A stretch of 64,000 bases of DNA from an uncultured Planctomycetota bacterium (GTDB lineage: Bacteria > Planctomycetota > Planctomycetia > Pirellulales > Lacipirellulaceae): the NCBI GenBank assembly GCA_963719315.1, contig CAVRBU010000004.1:512001-576000 (forward strand). Reading direction: 5' to 3'. How positions within the stretch are numbered: the stretch's first letter is position 1; every line of letters starts with the position of its first letter. This document shows, one piece after another, positions 48,594 to 59,217 of this stretch. Both the position numbers and the translations under genes were made by a program. A model generated the notes under the pieces. That model did not search any database, was not told where the DNA came from, and saw nothing but the letters and a program-made list of their open reading frames with translations.

Positions 48594-50849
48594 ATGACAT
48601 CGCTACTCCGCATACGTCGCCGCGTTTCTTTTGCTTCCGTCGGACTTCTCGCATTAGCGCTCCTCGTACCGGTTGCCGCGGTCTGTTCGCAGCTACGCGC
48701 CGCCGACCTGGCCGAGCAGGCCCACTCACTTCGCCAGGCGCCGGCCGACTCGGCGTTCTATTCTTCCAGCCTGCGCCTGAAAGAGCAGTGGGACGCATTC
48801 GTTGGCAGCAAAGCCTACGCCAAGCTGTTGGAGATTCCGTTCGTTCAACTCGGCAAAATGCAGGTCTCGTTTCAGTGGCAACAATCGAACCAGCCCGCGA
48901 TTGCCCAAGTGCGTGAGTACATTGAATCGCCCGCGGGTAAAGACGCGATAGCTGTATTGAAAGACATGTTTTCCGACGAAGTCTTTGCCTACGGCGGCAG
49001 CAATATCGCGGAATCGGTGAAGTTCATCATGGAACTGAATTCGATGGCTCGACCGGTGCGCGGCAAAGTGAACGTCGATGGCGAGGATTCCAAAAGCGCG
49101 GTCGCCGAAAATGTGATCCAGAAGATCAAAGAGAAGCTCACGTCGGGTGTTTCCGTCCCCACGTTCGTGGTCGGTTTTCGAATCAAAGACGCGGCACGAG
49201 CCAAACGCGAACTAGACGAAGTCCATTCGCTGTTGCGCAACGTACTCGACGAGCACCAGCCCGAATTGGCGGCCCACTTGCAGCGCGATCAGATCGCCGG
49301 CCACGAGTTCTTGACGCTACGGCTCGACGGCTCGATGATCCCCTGGGAAAAGATTCGCGAAGAGTCCGAGGATAAAATCGACGAAGAAGATTTCAACGCG
49401 ATCCACGACGCCCTCAGCAAGCAAACGCTGGCCGTAGCGCTGGGCGTTGTGGACGAGTTCGTGGTGTTATCCGTGGGCGCTACGACGGAGCACCTCGAAA
49501 AAATGGGCAAAGGAGCAACGCTGGCCGAAAACCCGGCGATCCAACGGCTCCAAAAACACGCCGACCAGAAGGTGGTTTCGCTCACGTACATGAGCAAGGC
49601 GTTCGCACAAAGCCTGGGCTCCGCTCAACAAACGATGGACAGCGTTGCCACGTCGGTCGAGCAGGCGCTCGTCGAAGCGAAGGTGGACGAGGAAGATCGC
49701 CAGACGATCCTCGACGACATTCGCTCGTTCAACCTCGCCAAGTACATGCCCGAGCCGAGCGACACCTCGGCGATCGCTTATTTGACGGCCCGCGGGTACG
49801 AAGCGTATCAGTACACGTCGGCCACGCGGCCGATGATGGATAGTTCGAAGCCGCTGACGATCCTCAGCCACGTGGGCGGCAGCCCGTTGTTGCTGATCGC
49901 CTCGCGATCGAAAGAAAACATCGACGATTACAACGAGTTCGTGGCGTGGCTCAAGCGGATTGCCGGGCACGCGGAAAAACTCGCCGAGAAGAAAGTCGAC
50001 TCCGACGAGTGGGCGAAGTACCAGGAATACCGCGACCGCGGCGTCGCGCTGCTTGAGCGTTTGGACCAAGCTACCCGCGAGCAACTCTTCCCGGCGCTCG
50101 CCGACGGACAGAGCGCATTCGTGATGGACGTCGCGGCGAAGAGCCAACAATGGTTCGACCGGATGCCCGAGTCGCCCAAGCCGCTGCCGATGCTGGAGAT
50201 GGCGTTGGTCGTTAGCGTGAGCGACGCGGCGAAACTCCGCCAAGGTGTGAAAACCTACATCGATGTCGCTCGCGACGCTTACAAGTTGATGAAAGAGATC
50301 CACGACGAAACTCCGAAAATCAAGTTGCCCAAGGTCAAGGTGAGCGATCTGACGGGGGGCGGAAAGCTCTACGTCTATCCGCTGCCCAAGAAGTGGGGCA
50401 TCGATTCGCAGGTGGCCGTCAACGCGGGGCTGACCGAGACGTTTGCCGCCGCCAGCTTGATGCCGAAGACGACCGAGCGGTTGCTGCACGAGCAGGCGGC
50501 AAGCATCGATACGTCGTTGCCGTTAGATCATCCGGCCGCGATGGTGACGCACATCGAATTTGCCAAAATGATCGAGGCCACGCGCCCGTGGATCGACTAC
50601 GGCATGGATGTCGCCTCGGGTAAATTGAAACCGAAGGCCAAGAAAGACGAGGACAGTTCAGACGACTCGGACGACAACACGCCGCCGCCGGGTCGCTCCC
50701 AGGCGATGATCTCCATGGGCCTCATCGTGCCGCAGATCGAGCAGTTCCTAGAAGTGGCCACGGCCTTGCGGAGCGCCACGAGCATGACCTACGAAGAAGA
50801 CGGCTTGTGGGTCACGCACTCGGAGACGCACATCCAGGATTTGAAATAA
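48594..50849 (+). CDS. Large exported hypothetical protein
   Basis: 751-aa ORF with signal peptide, GAGG RBS and host-like codon usage; no recognisable catalytic motif. Confidence 0.8.
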   Translation: MTSLLRIRRRVSFASVGLLALALLVPVAAVCSQLRAADLAEQAHSLRQAPADSAFYSSSLRLKEQWDAFVGSKAYAKLLEIPFVQLGKMQVSFQWQQSNQPAIAQVREYIESPAGKDAIAVLKDMFSDEVFAYGGSNIAESVKFIMELNSMARPVRGKVNVDGEDSKSAVAENVIQKIKEKLTSGVSVPTFVVGFRIKDAARAKRELDEVHSLLRNVLDEHQPELAAHLQRDQIAGHEFLTLRLDGSMIPWEKIREESEDKIDEEDFNAIHDALSKQTLAVALGVVDEFVVLSVGATTEHLEKMGKGATLAENPAIQRLQKHADQKVVSLTYMSKAFAQSLGSAQQTMDSVATSVEQALVEAKVDEEDRQTILDDIRSFNLAKYMPEPSDTSAIAYLTARGYEAYQYTSATRPMMDSSKPLTILSHVGGSPLLLIASRSKENIDDYNEFVAWLKRIAGHAEKLAEKKVDSDEWAKYQEYRDRGVALLERLDQATREQLFPALADGQSAFVMDVAAKSQQWFDRMPESPKPLPMLEMALVVSVSDAAKLRQGVKTYIDVARDAYKLMKEIHDETPKIKLPKVKVSDLTGGGKLYVYPLPKKWGIDSQVAVNAGLTETFAAASLMPKTTERLLHEQAASIDTSLPLDHPAAMVTHIEFAKMIEATRPWIDYGMDVASGKLKPKAKKDEDSSDDSDDNTPPPGRSQAMISMGLIVPQIEQFLEVATALRSATSMTYEEDGLWVTHSETHIQDLK

Positions 50850-50920
50850 GAGGGGGCAGGATGCGGGATACAGGGAGCAGGGAAAGGCATTCCACTTCAA
50901 ACCCTGCACCCTGGACCCTT
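50850..50920. repeat. Degenerate tandem-repeat hairpin between convergent genes
   Basis: gcaggatgcgggatacagggagcaggg versus ccctgcaccctggaccct. Confidence 0.5.
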
Positions 50921-50928
50921 TCTCAATA

Positions 50929-52248
50929 TCAGCCCCGCTTGTCGAGCGGCACGAAGTCGCGCTTGTTCTCGCCAACGTAGACTTGCCGGGGCCGGCAGAT
51001 GCGCGTGTTCGGGTTTTGGTGCATCTCCAGCCAGTGGGCGATCCAGCCGGACAGCCGGCCCATCGCGAACAGCACGGTGAACATCGGCACGGGAATGCCG
51101 ATCGCCCGATAGATTACACCCGAATAGAAATCGACGTTCGGGTACAGCTTCCGCTCGATGAAATATTCGTCGTGCAGAGCGACTTCTTCCAACTGCTTGG
51201 CGATTTCGAAGATCGGATCGCTGATATGTCGCTTGGCCAGCAATTTATCGCAGGCGGATTTGATAATCGTGGCCCGCGGGTCGAAGTTCTTGTAGACGCG
51301 GTGGCCAAAGCCCATCAGCAAGAAGTCGTTGTCCTTGTCCTTGGCCATGTCGACGTACTTCTTGACGTTTCCGCCGTCGTTGGCGATGCGTTGCAACATG
51401 GCGACGCAGGCCTCGTTGGCTCCGCCGTGGAGCGGTCCCCACAACGCGCAGATACCGGCCGAGATCGAGGCGAACAGGTTGGCTTCCGAGGAACCCACCA
51501 TCCGCACCGTGGAGGTACTGCAATTCTGCTCGTGATCCGCATGCACGATCAGCAGCAAATTGAGCGCGTCGACGAAATCCGGATCCGCCTCGAAAGGCTC
51601 GGTGGGCACCGCGAACATCATTCGCAAAAAGTTCTCGCAATATCGCAGATCGTTGCGCGGATACACGAAAGGCTGCCCGATCGATTTCTTATAGGCGTAA
51701 GCCGCGATCGTCGGCAACTTGGCCAAGAGCCGCAGCACCGATCGATCGACCTGCTCGGGATCGGATACACTTAGCGAATCCTGGTAGAACGTGGAGAGCG
51801 CGCCGCACACCGAGCTGAGAATCGCGACCGGATGGGCATCGCGCGGGAAGCCGTCGTAAAAGAGACGCATATCTTCGTGCAGCATTGTGTGCCGACGGAG
51901 CTTATTGCGGAATTCCTCGAGCTTGGCCGCCGTGGGCAGTTCGCCGTACAGCAGCAAATACGACACTTCGATGAAATCGCAGTTCACGGCGAGCTGCTCG
52001 ATCGGGTAGCCGCGATACCGGAGGATGCCGGCCTCGCCGTCGAGAAATGTGATGGCACTGGTCGTGGAACCAGTGTTCATGTAGCCTTCGTCGTGCGTAA
52101 TGTAACCGGTCGTGGCCCGCAGCTTGGAGATATCGACGGCCCGTTCGCCCTCGGTGCCGACAACCATCGGCATGTCCAAACTGGCGTCGCCAAGCGTCAA
52201 CTTGGCAGTACCGACACTCGAGACTTTGCTTTCGAACACCTTATTCAT
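50929..52248 (-). CDS. gltA: Citrate synthase (type II)
   Basis: HADHEQNCST, LWGPLHGGANE, LMGFGHRVYKNFDPRA, LYPNVDFYSG. Confidence 0.97.
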   Translation of the reverse strand: MNKVFESKVSSVGTAKLTLGDASLDMPMVVGTEGERAVDISKLRATTGYITHDEGYMNTGSTTSAITFLDGEAGILRYRGYPIEQLAVNCDFIEVSYLLLYGELPTAAKLEEFRNKLRRHTMLHEDMRLFYDGFPRDAHPVAILSSVCGALSTFYQDSLSVSDPEQVDRSVLRLLAKLPTIAAYAYKKSIGQPFVYPRNDLRYCENFLRMMFAVPTEPFEADPDFVDALNLLLIVHADHEQNCSTSTVRMVGSSEANLFASISAGICALWGPLHGGANEACVAMLQRIANDGGNVKKYVDMAKDKDNDFLLMGFGHRVYKNFDPRATIIKSACDKLLAKRHISDPIFEIAKQLEEVALHDEYFIERKLYPNVDFYSGVIYRAIGIPVPMFTVLFAMGRLSGWIAHWLEMHQNPNTRICRPRQVYVGENKRDFVPLDKRG

Positions 52249-52367
52249 TCGGCCCTCTATCGGCTGGGTCGATCGTGGACGTGCGTTTGTGGCAACAGGC
52301 GGCTCGCCTGTCGCCGTTTACTAGGAGGAAACCGCAGGCTAGTGCTTTGTCACAGCTTGATTTTGGG

Positions 52368-52433
52368 ATTAGCCGCGGGGCGCTAGCCCCCGGTTGGAGC
52401 GGCACAAACCGGGGGCTAGCGCCCGCGGCTGAT
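52368..52433. repeat. Palindromic REP-like pair upstream of gltA
   Basis: attagccgcggggcgctagcccccggtt / aaccgggggctagcgcccgcggctgat. Confidence 0.8.
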
Positions 52434-52597
52434 GCGCCCAACCCCAATTTTTAGCTATGACAAAGCACTAGCCGCCTGTCGCTAAAAAAATCGGATTTTC
52501 CGGGCAGCCTCTAAGTGTACCGACCTCGGCGTACGTGCACAACGGGCCAACGCCCACCCACCGGCAGGCACGGAAAATCGCGAAGCTTGTGCCGCGC

Positions 52598-53935
52598 TCA
52601 CGTCGGGACCGCAGTCGGCACGGGTTGCTCCGACACGAGCAGCTCGGTCGACACCTTGCCGTTCTTCATGAACACGGCCAGCGGATACAGCACGCCCAGC
52701 GCCGGCCGTGGATCGTCCCACCGCCACACGTCAGACTCCGTGTGCCGGTGATCTTCCAGCAATCGCCTGGCGTGTTCCCAACGCTGCTTCACATCGACCG
52801 CCGAATTCAGATTTCTGAAAAAGCCGTGCAGCGCGGCGAGGCGGTGGCCGGGCGTATCGGCCACCCGCCATTCGCGATATGCCGCGTGCAGTGCGTCCAT
52901 TTTGGCGTTGTCGTGCGCAATCTCTTCCAACGTGGCCAACATCGCTAGCAGTGGGGTTTCCGTCTTCACGTCCGAATCGTGCGATTCCACGGGCGCCACC
53001 GTGCCATCCACGGCCAACCGATAGAGCAGATACGGATAGTCCCAACCCGAAGCGACCGATTGCGGCAGCCCGCCCCAAAACCGCGGATTGACTTCGATGA
53101 GTAGCGGCTCGGCCGCCGTTCCGTCCCAGCGAAAATCGACCTCCGCCACGCCGTGCCAACCCAAACCGCCGAGCAGCTCGGCGCCCGTCTGCTCCATCGC
53201 CGGCGAATTTACCGTCTCGCGGAGCACACCCGTGCCGCTCTTCACCGGATACGTGCGAAGGTTGTGATACGTCATCGTGGCCCGCGATTGGCCGTGGTCG
53301 AAGAGAAATGTCGTGCAATAATCGTCGCCCGGCACCGACGCCTGCAAGAGCGGGTATTCCTCGGCGCGGAGGTGAAACCGCGCGGCAAACTCCTCGGCGG
53401 CCGCAGCCGCCTCCGCCGCGCAGTGCACCTGCTTCACACCTACCGCCGCCGCCGACCGCCGCACCTTCACGAACGCCGGATACGCAAACGTCTCGGCCGC
53501 CGCACGAAACTCCGCCGCCGAATCGGCCACCACGGTTTGCGGAATCGGCGTCCCGCGCTGCTGACACATCCGCGCCAGGCTCCCTTTGTCGTCCACTTGC
53601 CGAATCTGCTCGATCGTCGGGATCGCCATCTTGATCAGCGGCTCGAACCGGGCCCGATTCCGCGCAATGTGATACGTTTCCTTATGAAACGGCATCAGCA
53701 CATATTCCTGCCCCGCCACCGCATACTGGTGAATGATCTCCTCGAGCCGAGCCAAAAACGCCTCGGGATCGCGGTCCGGATTCGGGTACAAGAAACTCGC
53801 GATCGTATGCTTTGAAAAGCTCGTCGGCGAAAACGCATATTCATCGCCAGCGATCACCTCGATCCCCCGCCGCCCCAAACTCCGAGCGGCAGCCAGCGCA
53901 TTCCAGCCCCGGGCAAAAGTCAAAATGGCACGCAT
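52598..53935 (-). CDS. ATP-grasp domain protein (carboxylate-amine ligase family)
   Basis: AARSLGRRG, DDKG, YPAFVK, LLQASVPG, GVAEVDF, LIEVNPRFWG. Confidence 0.88.
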   Translation of the reverse strand: MRAILTFARGWNALAAARSLGRRGIEVIAGDEYAFSPTSFSKHTIASFLYPNPDRDPEAFLARLEEIIHQYAVAGQEYVLMPFHKETYHIARNRARFEPLIKMAIPTIEQIRQVDDKGSLARMCQQRGTPIPQTVVADSAAEFRAAAETFAYPAFVKVRRSAAAVGVKQVHCAAEAAAAAEEFAARFHLRAEEYPLLQASVPGDDYCTTFLFDHGQSRATMTYHNLRTYPVKSGTGVLRETVNSPAMEQTGAELLGGLGWHGVAEVDFRWDGTAAEPLLIEVNPRFWGGLPQSVASGWDYPYLLYRLAVDGTVAPVESHDSDVKTETPLLAMLATLEEIAHDNAKMDALHAAYREWRVADTPGHRLAALHGFFRNLNSAVDVKQRWEHARRLLEDHRHTESDVWRWDDPRPALGVLYPLAVFMKNGKVSTELLVSEQPVPTAVPT

Positions 53936-53972
53936 GAGTTGACCGTATCGGAGGCGACGCGTTTCAAAACAA

Positions 53973-54437
53973 TTATTGAGATGGACTGACGAGTGGCATG
54001 TCGTTGTTCGGTTGTAAGTCGAGCGTCATTTGGCCACCATCGAACGTGGCGACAAAGAAGTCGAGAAATCCTTGGTGGCCTACGACGAGAGTTTCCAGCT
54101 CCGAATTAGCAAAATCAAAGAAATGCACTCTCGCTTCCCAACACACCGTGGCGTTTTGCTCGGAGATTTCTAGCGCAATGTCGGCGAACGATAAACTTAT
54201 TTCCTGTCCGCCGAATGCGGTGGCCCCTGGCCCCTTGGCTTTATTCGTTTCGATGCCCAACTCGCGCGCAATCGACAGTGGAAACATCGAGTTGTCAGCG
54301 CCTGTATCGACCAGCGCCAGGTACGCTGCAAATCCATTGACTCCGTGTAGGCGCAGCGGAATCTCCGGACGAAAAATAACGACCTCATCTCCGGTATCCG
54401 GCGCTCGTGAAATAAACCCGGAGTAGGGAAACTTCAT
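53973..54437 (-). CDS. Retropepsin-like aspartyl protease
   Basis: RPEIPL..ALVDTGADNSMFP..ARELGI..LVVGHQGFLDFFVATFD. Confidence 0.85.
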   Translation of the reverse strand: MKFPYSGFISRAPDTGDEVVIFRPEIPLRLHGVNGFAAYLALVDTGADNSMFPLSIARELGIETNKAKGPGATAFGGQEISLSFADIALEISEQNATVCWEARVHFFDFANSELETLVVGHQGFLDFFVATFDGGQMTLDLQPNNDMPLVSPSQ

Positions 54438-54667
54438 ACGCCGCCCACAAATGGACCGCGAGAAACCTTTTGCAGCACGGGTTCAGTATGACCGGAGGCA
54501 ATCGCCGCGCGACGCACCTGCGCCATTTCCGGGCCGTGCGCCACAATCTCGCGACGCGTCGCGTCCCAAGCGATCCACTGACCTGCGAATTCTGCAGGGA
54601 CCGGCTGTGTACGACCTGGATACTTAGCCGCAAAAACTTCGAGTGTCATGGCCATGCTAAACTCCAT
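54434..54667 (-). CDS. DUF5678-like small protein
   Basis: FAGQWIAW....IVAHG.....V...A...G...PVLQKV; ATGA overlap with the protease gene. Confidence 0.75.
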   Translation of the reverse strand: MEFSMAMTLEVFAAKYPGRTQPVPAEFAGQWIAWDATRREIVAHGPEMAQVRRAAIASGHTEPVLQKVSRGPFVGGV

Positions 54668-55008
54668 CCTCCCGGCTCAAGTGTATCACGCCACGAGAAT
54701 TAAACCAAACCGTAAAAGTGAGATGCGATAACAAACTCGCTCTAACTTATTCACACGGCCCGGAATTCGTCGGCAGCAGTGTGTCGCAAGCTCGAAGGCA
54801 ATACGTGCGACGGCGTAAGCTGCGCGTCCGATCGCGAAATATGTAGTGGAACGCACGTACCAATTCTAGCACAACACATAGTAGCCTCCGACTTCTGGCA
54901 GCCAGAAGAATTGCATCGCTTTGGCTCAAGGTCATCTGGCTTTGCTCGCCGCTCCTATTTGGAGCGATACGCCACACCCCCGCTCGACCAAACGATTATA
55001 GCACCGCC

Positions 55009-56475
55009 CTATGCCAGAATCCCCTGCACCACCTTCCCCGCCACGTCCGTGAGCCGGAAGTCGCGGCCTTGGTAGCGGTAGGTCAGCCGTTCGTGGTCGA
55101 TGCCCATGAGATACAGCATCGTGGCGTGCAGGTCGTGGACGTGCACGATGTTGTCCACGGCGTAGTAGCCCAGTTCGTCGGTCGCGCCGTAGGAAGTGCC
55201 CGGCTTGATGCCGCCGCCGGCCATCCACATCGAGAATCCGCGGATGTGATGGTCGCGGCCGGCCTTGGGCTTCGAGACGTCGCCTTGGGCCATGGGAGTG
55301 CGGCCGAATTCGCCGCCCCAAATCACAAGCGTATCATCCAGCATACCGCGTTGCTTGAGATCGGTGATCAGCGCGGCGCTCGCCTGGTCGGCCGACTGAC
55401 ACATCTCGGCAAAGTGTTGCTTGAGTCCGTCGTGATGGTCCCAGCCGCGATGGTAGAGATGAATGAACCGCACGCCACGTTCGGCGAGCCGTCGCGCCAG
55501 CAGGCAGTTATAGGCGAACGAGCCGTCCGGGCCACTGCAACCGTACATATCCATCACGTGTTGCGGTTCTTCGCTGATGTTGGTCAGGTCCGGCACGCTG
55601 GTTTGCATTCGAAACGCGAGCTCATATTGCGCGATCCGCGTAGCGATCTCCGGATCGTGCGTCACGGCATCGCGCATGCGGTTCAGGTTGTTCACTGTCG
55701 CGATGACATCGGCTTCGCGTTGCGAACTAACGCCCGGCGGGTTACTCACGTAATAAACGGGGTCGCCGGTCGAATGGAATTGCACGCCCTGAAAGCGGCT
55801 AGGCAAAAATCCGCTATACCACTGTCGCGACGATACTGGCTGTGGCGAACGCGTACCCCCGCGGCTCATCAGCACCACAAAGCCGGGCAGGTCGTCGCAA
55901 TCGGTTCCCAAGCCGTAGTTCAGCCAGGATCCCATGCTGGGCCGGCCGGAAATCGCCGTGCCCGTGTTCATGAACGTATGAGCCGGGTCATGATTGATTT
56001 GTTCGGTCTGCAACGAGCGGACGATGCAGATGTCGTCGGCGATGGCGCCGATGTGCGGCAAATCATTGCTGATCGATTGGCCCGACTGGCCGAAGCGGCC
56101 GAACGTGGACTGCGGACCAAAGCACAAAAGCTGCTTCTGATTCTGCAATTGAGCGATCGGTTGGCCCTTGGTGAACGACTCCGGAACGGGCTGGCCATGC
56201 ATTTCGGCCAGCTTCGGTTTCTCATCGAACGACTCGAGCTGCGACGGTCCACCTGCCATGCACAGGAAAATCACCCGCTTCGCCTTCTGCGGAAAGTCGA
56301 GCGGATTCACGACGCCGCGGTATGGGTGCTTGGTGCCCTTGGCGGCCGCCGGCGCCGCGGCCCCAAACACTTGCGGCTGTAATAACCCTGCCAGTGCCAC
56401 CGAGCCGATTCCCAGCGAGGCTTGACCGAGGAACGTTCGCCGTGCCAGTTGCTCTGGTAGAAAACCGGTTTCCAT
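55009..56475 (-). CDS. DUF1501 domain-containing protein
   Basis: Tat-like RRTFL; AKRVIFLCMAGGPSQLESFD; LARRLAERGVRF; GGEFGRTP; VHDLHAT. Confidence 0.95.
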   Translation of the reverse strand: METGFLPEQLARRTFLGQASLGIGSVALAGLLQPQVFGAAAPAAAKGTKHPYRGVVNPLDFPQKAKRVIFLCMAGGPSQLESFDEKPKLAEMHGQPVPESFTKGQPIAQLQNQKQLLCFGPQSTFGRFGQSGQSISNDLPHIGAIADDICIVRSLQTEQINHDPAHTFMNTGTAISGRPSMGSWLNYGLGTDCDDLPGFVVLMSRGGTRSPQPVSSRQWYSGFLPSRFQGVQFHSTGDPVYYVSNPPGVSSQREADVIATVNNLNRMRDAVTHDPEIATRIAQYELAFRMQTSVPDLTNISEEPQHVMDMYGCSGPDGSFAYNCLLARRLAERGVRFIHLYHRGWDHHDGLKQHFAEMCQSADQASAALITDLKQRGMLDDTLVIWGGEFGRTPMAQGDVSKPKAGRDHHIRGFSMWMAGGGIKPGTSYGATDELGYYAVDNIVHVHDLHATMLYLMGIDHERLTYRYQGRDFRLTDVAGKVVQGILA

Positions 56476-56519
56476 GATGCTAGTCTTTCAGCGAAACCCG
56501 CGCGGGCATCGCGCAGATC

Positions 56520-58898
56520 TCAATAGCGGGTAATCGTCTCATTCAGATTCAATAGCACACGGCTGACGGATGTCCAGGCAGCCAGTTCCTTCGCATCCAA
56601 GTCTTTGGGATGCGGCGAAATGCCAACCGTCAAGATACCCTCGGCCGCTCGTTTGTCCTGGGCATACTCTGCGCGATGTTTGTCGAGCAATTTGGCCAAA
56701 GCATTCGCTTCAGCCGGCTGCGCGTCGCGACCCAGCACTTGCCGCCAGGCCCAATGGATTCGCCCTTTGTCGTCGCTCGGCGCGTCGACAAGGATTTTCG
56801 CCGCCAAGGCCCGGGCCGCTTCGACAAACGACGGGTCGTTCAGCAGCACCAGCGCGGCGCAAGGCGTGCTGGAGATCGGTCGCTCGGCCGTGCATTCCTC
56901 GCGCGTCGGTGCGTCGAAGGCCAATAGCCAGGGGTGCAAAAACTGCCGCTGCCAATGCGTGTACACGGCGCGGCGGAATTGCTCCTCGCCGGTGGATGCC
57001 GTGTAATCGCGCTCCGGGAAGTTGAGCGCCGAATAATACTTCGCCGGCTGATACGGCCGGACGATGTCGCCGCCCAGCTTGTTCACCAGCAGCCCGCTCA
57101 CGAGCAGCGCATTGTCGCGGATTTGTTCGGCCTCGAGCCGGAATCGAGATTGATGCGCGACGAGCCGATTTTCCGGGTCGATCGCGTCCACCTCGGGCCG
57201 CGGCAGCGACGACTGTCGATACGCGCTCGTCGTCACCATCTGGCGGATCAGGTATTTCAAGTCCCAATTGTGGTCCATGAAGTCGAGCGCCAGCCAATCC
57301 AAAAGTTCCTGGTTCGGCGGCACCTCGCCGCGCGTGCCCATGTCGAGCAGCCCCTTCGAGAGCCCGATGCCGTAGTATTGTTTCCACAATCGATTCACGA
57401 CCACTCGGGCCGTGAGCGGGTTATCGCGCGACACTACCCACTTCGCCAAATCGAGTCGATTCGCGCGGTGGCCACCCGTATCGAGCTGCTTGAGAAAATG
57501 GGGCGTGTGGGGCTGGACAACTTTGCCGCTCTTGTCCATCCAATTGCCGCGCGCCAGGATACGAATTTCGCGTGGCGGCACCGCCTTCGTGATCATCGTG
57601 GGCACAAATTGTGCTTCCAGATCGACTCGCTCCTTCCGCAATTCAGTCAACTCGCCGAGCTTCTTTTCCCAACCTTCCTTGATCAGTCCGTTGAGCGGCT
57701 CTTTAGCCTTGGCGATTTTCGCGTCCAGAGCCTGCATCTTTTCGTAAACCGGCAGCGTCCAGGCCAGCATCTCGGGCGGGCGCTGTGTGGGGATGTCGTT
57801 GCCGCCCACTGACTGGAACGAGCCATACTCGTCCACGTCGGCGAAGAACGCTTGCATGCTGTAAAAATCATCCTGCGTATACGGATCGAACTTGTGGTCG
57901 TGGCATTGGGAGCAGCCCATCGAGCCGGCTAGCCAGGTTTCTGAGAAGTTTCGCACACGGTCGGCCAGCATGATCGCCCGGTATTCGCCATCCTGCGCAC
58001 CGCCTTCGTGCGTGGTTTGCAGCACGCGGTTGTAACCGGTCGCAATGATCTGCCACATCGTGGGGTTCGGCAGCAGGTCGCCGGCCAATTGCTCAATCGT
58101 GAACTGGTCGAACGGCAGATTGTCGTTGAAACTTTTGATCACGTAATCGCGATAGGGCGTGATGCGATGATCTTGATCGCCGTGGTAACCGACTGTATCC
58201 GCAAACCGCACCAGGTCGAACCACCACGTAGCCATCCGTTCGCCGAACGCCGGTGAGGCCAGCAATTCATCGACGAGCTTTTCGTAAGCATCGGGCCGCT
58301 TGGCATTTACGAATTTCTGGACTTGCTCCGGGGTGGGGGGCAGGCCCGTCAAATCGAAGTAGAGGCGTCGGACCAGCGTGATGCGATCGGCCTCCGGCCC
58401 TGGCCCGATGCCCTGCTGTTCCTGCGCGCGAGCAAGAAGCGGTCGATGTCGCCCCGCGGCCAGGAACGTCAGCTTCACCGTGGGCACGTTCGGGCGTTTC
58501 GGCGCGATGTAGGCCCAGTGTGGTTCGTACTTCGCTCCCGCATTGATCCATTTCCGCAGCAGCTCGATTTGCTCCGGCTTGAGCGGCGGCCTTTTTGATT
58601 CGGGCGGCGGCATCCGCATATCGGGGTCGTCGCTCGAAACGCGCGAGATCAGTTCACTCGACTCGGCGTCGTCCGGAACGATCACCGATTCGTGAGAGCC
58701 CTCTTCCGTATCCAGCCGCAACTCGGCTTTTCTTGTGCCCGAATCGGGTCCGTGGCAGGTGTAGCAGGTATTGGCCAGAATCGGTCGAATGTCGCGATTG
58801 AAGTGGGGAGCATCGCCGGCGGCAATGCCTCCACGAGGCGCCGATGCCACACAAATTGCAGCGCTCGCTGCCGCCAATATGAATCGGGAGTGCCCCAT
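56520..58898 (-). CDS. PSD1/planctomycete cytochrome c protein (DUF1549 + DUF1553)
   Basis: FNRDIRPILANTCYTCHGPD; RRLYFDLTGLPPT; CSQCHDHKFDP; NPLTARVVVNRLW; LLNLNETITR. ATG at 58898 precedes the signal peptide. Confidence 0.93.
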   Translation of the reverse strand: MGHSRFILAAASAAICVASAPRGGIAAGDAPHFNRDIRPILANTCYTCHGPDSGTRKAELRLDTEEGSHESVIVPDDAESSELISRVSSDDPDMRMPPPESKRPPLKPEQIELLRKWINAGAKYEPHWAYIAPKRPNVPTVKLTFLAAGRHRPLLARAQEQQGIGPGPEADRITLVRRLYFDLTGLPPTPEQVQKFVNAKRPDAYEKLVDELLASPAFGERMATWWFDLVRFADTVGYHGDQDHRITPYRDYVIKSFNDNLPFDQFTIEQLAGDLLPNPTMWQIIATGYNRVLQTTHEGGAQDGEYRAIMLADRVRNFSETWLAGSMGCSQCHDHKFDPYTQDDFYSMQAFFADVDEYGSFQSVGGNDIPTQRPPEMLAWTLPVYEKMQALDAKIAKAKEPLNGLIKEGWEKKLGELTELRKERVDLEAQFVPTMITKAVPPREIRILARGNWMDKSGKVVQPHTPHFLKQLDTGGHRANRLDLAKWVVSRDNPLTARVVVNRLWKQYYGIGLSKGLLDMGTRGEVPPNQELLDWLALDFMDHNWDLKYLIRQMVTTSAYRQSSLPRPEVDAIDPENRLVAHQSRFRLEAEQIRDNALLVSGLLVNKLGGDIVRPYQPAKYYSALNFPERDYTASTGEEQFRRAVYTHWQRQFLHPWLLAFDAPTREECTAERPISSTPCAALVLLNDPSFVEAARALAAKILVDAPSDDKGRIHWAWRQVLGRDAQPAEANALAKLLDKHRAEYAQDKRAAEGILTVGISPHPKDLDAKELAAWTSVSRVLLNLNETITRY

Positions 58899-59217
58899 GT
58901 AAATTACACGCCTTTGGCCGCCAGAATTTTGCGGAAATTCCGCCGGATGGCCAGTTTTAGCAGGAAGGACTAAGCTAGGGGGGAGGCAACCTACCCTGCC
59001 ATTATCGTTGCCGGAAGGTCCGCCGGCAAGGCAATAGAGTTCGTATAGGCGTCTCGCTCTACGAGACGCGATTTCCTCTCGCGGAGCGATAACACTACAC
59101 GCTCCACCCGATTTGCCGCCCGTCAGCCGACCCGGCATAATGGATCAACTCGCGGGAAAATGTTTTTTCCCGATCGACCGACATTTTTTTCGTCCAACTT
59201 CGCCTGCGGGGATCGAC

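Noticed and set aside
54700..54990. Possible HicB-like or other TA remnant (minus strand ..PEVGGYYVLC*)
   Set aside because: The similarity covers only a few residues and is interrupted by a stop; it cannot be supported without a search.
55009..58898. DUF1501 + PSD1/DUF1553 pair as a new system
   Set aside because: Its function is unknown, but it is a well-known, highly paralogous planctomycete gene pair, and nothing here is distinctive beyond the compensated indel.
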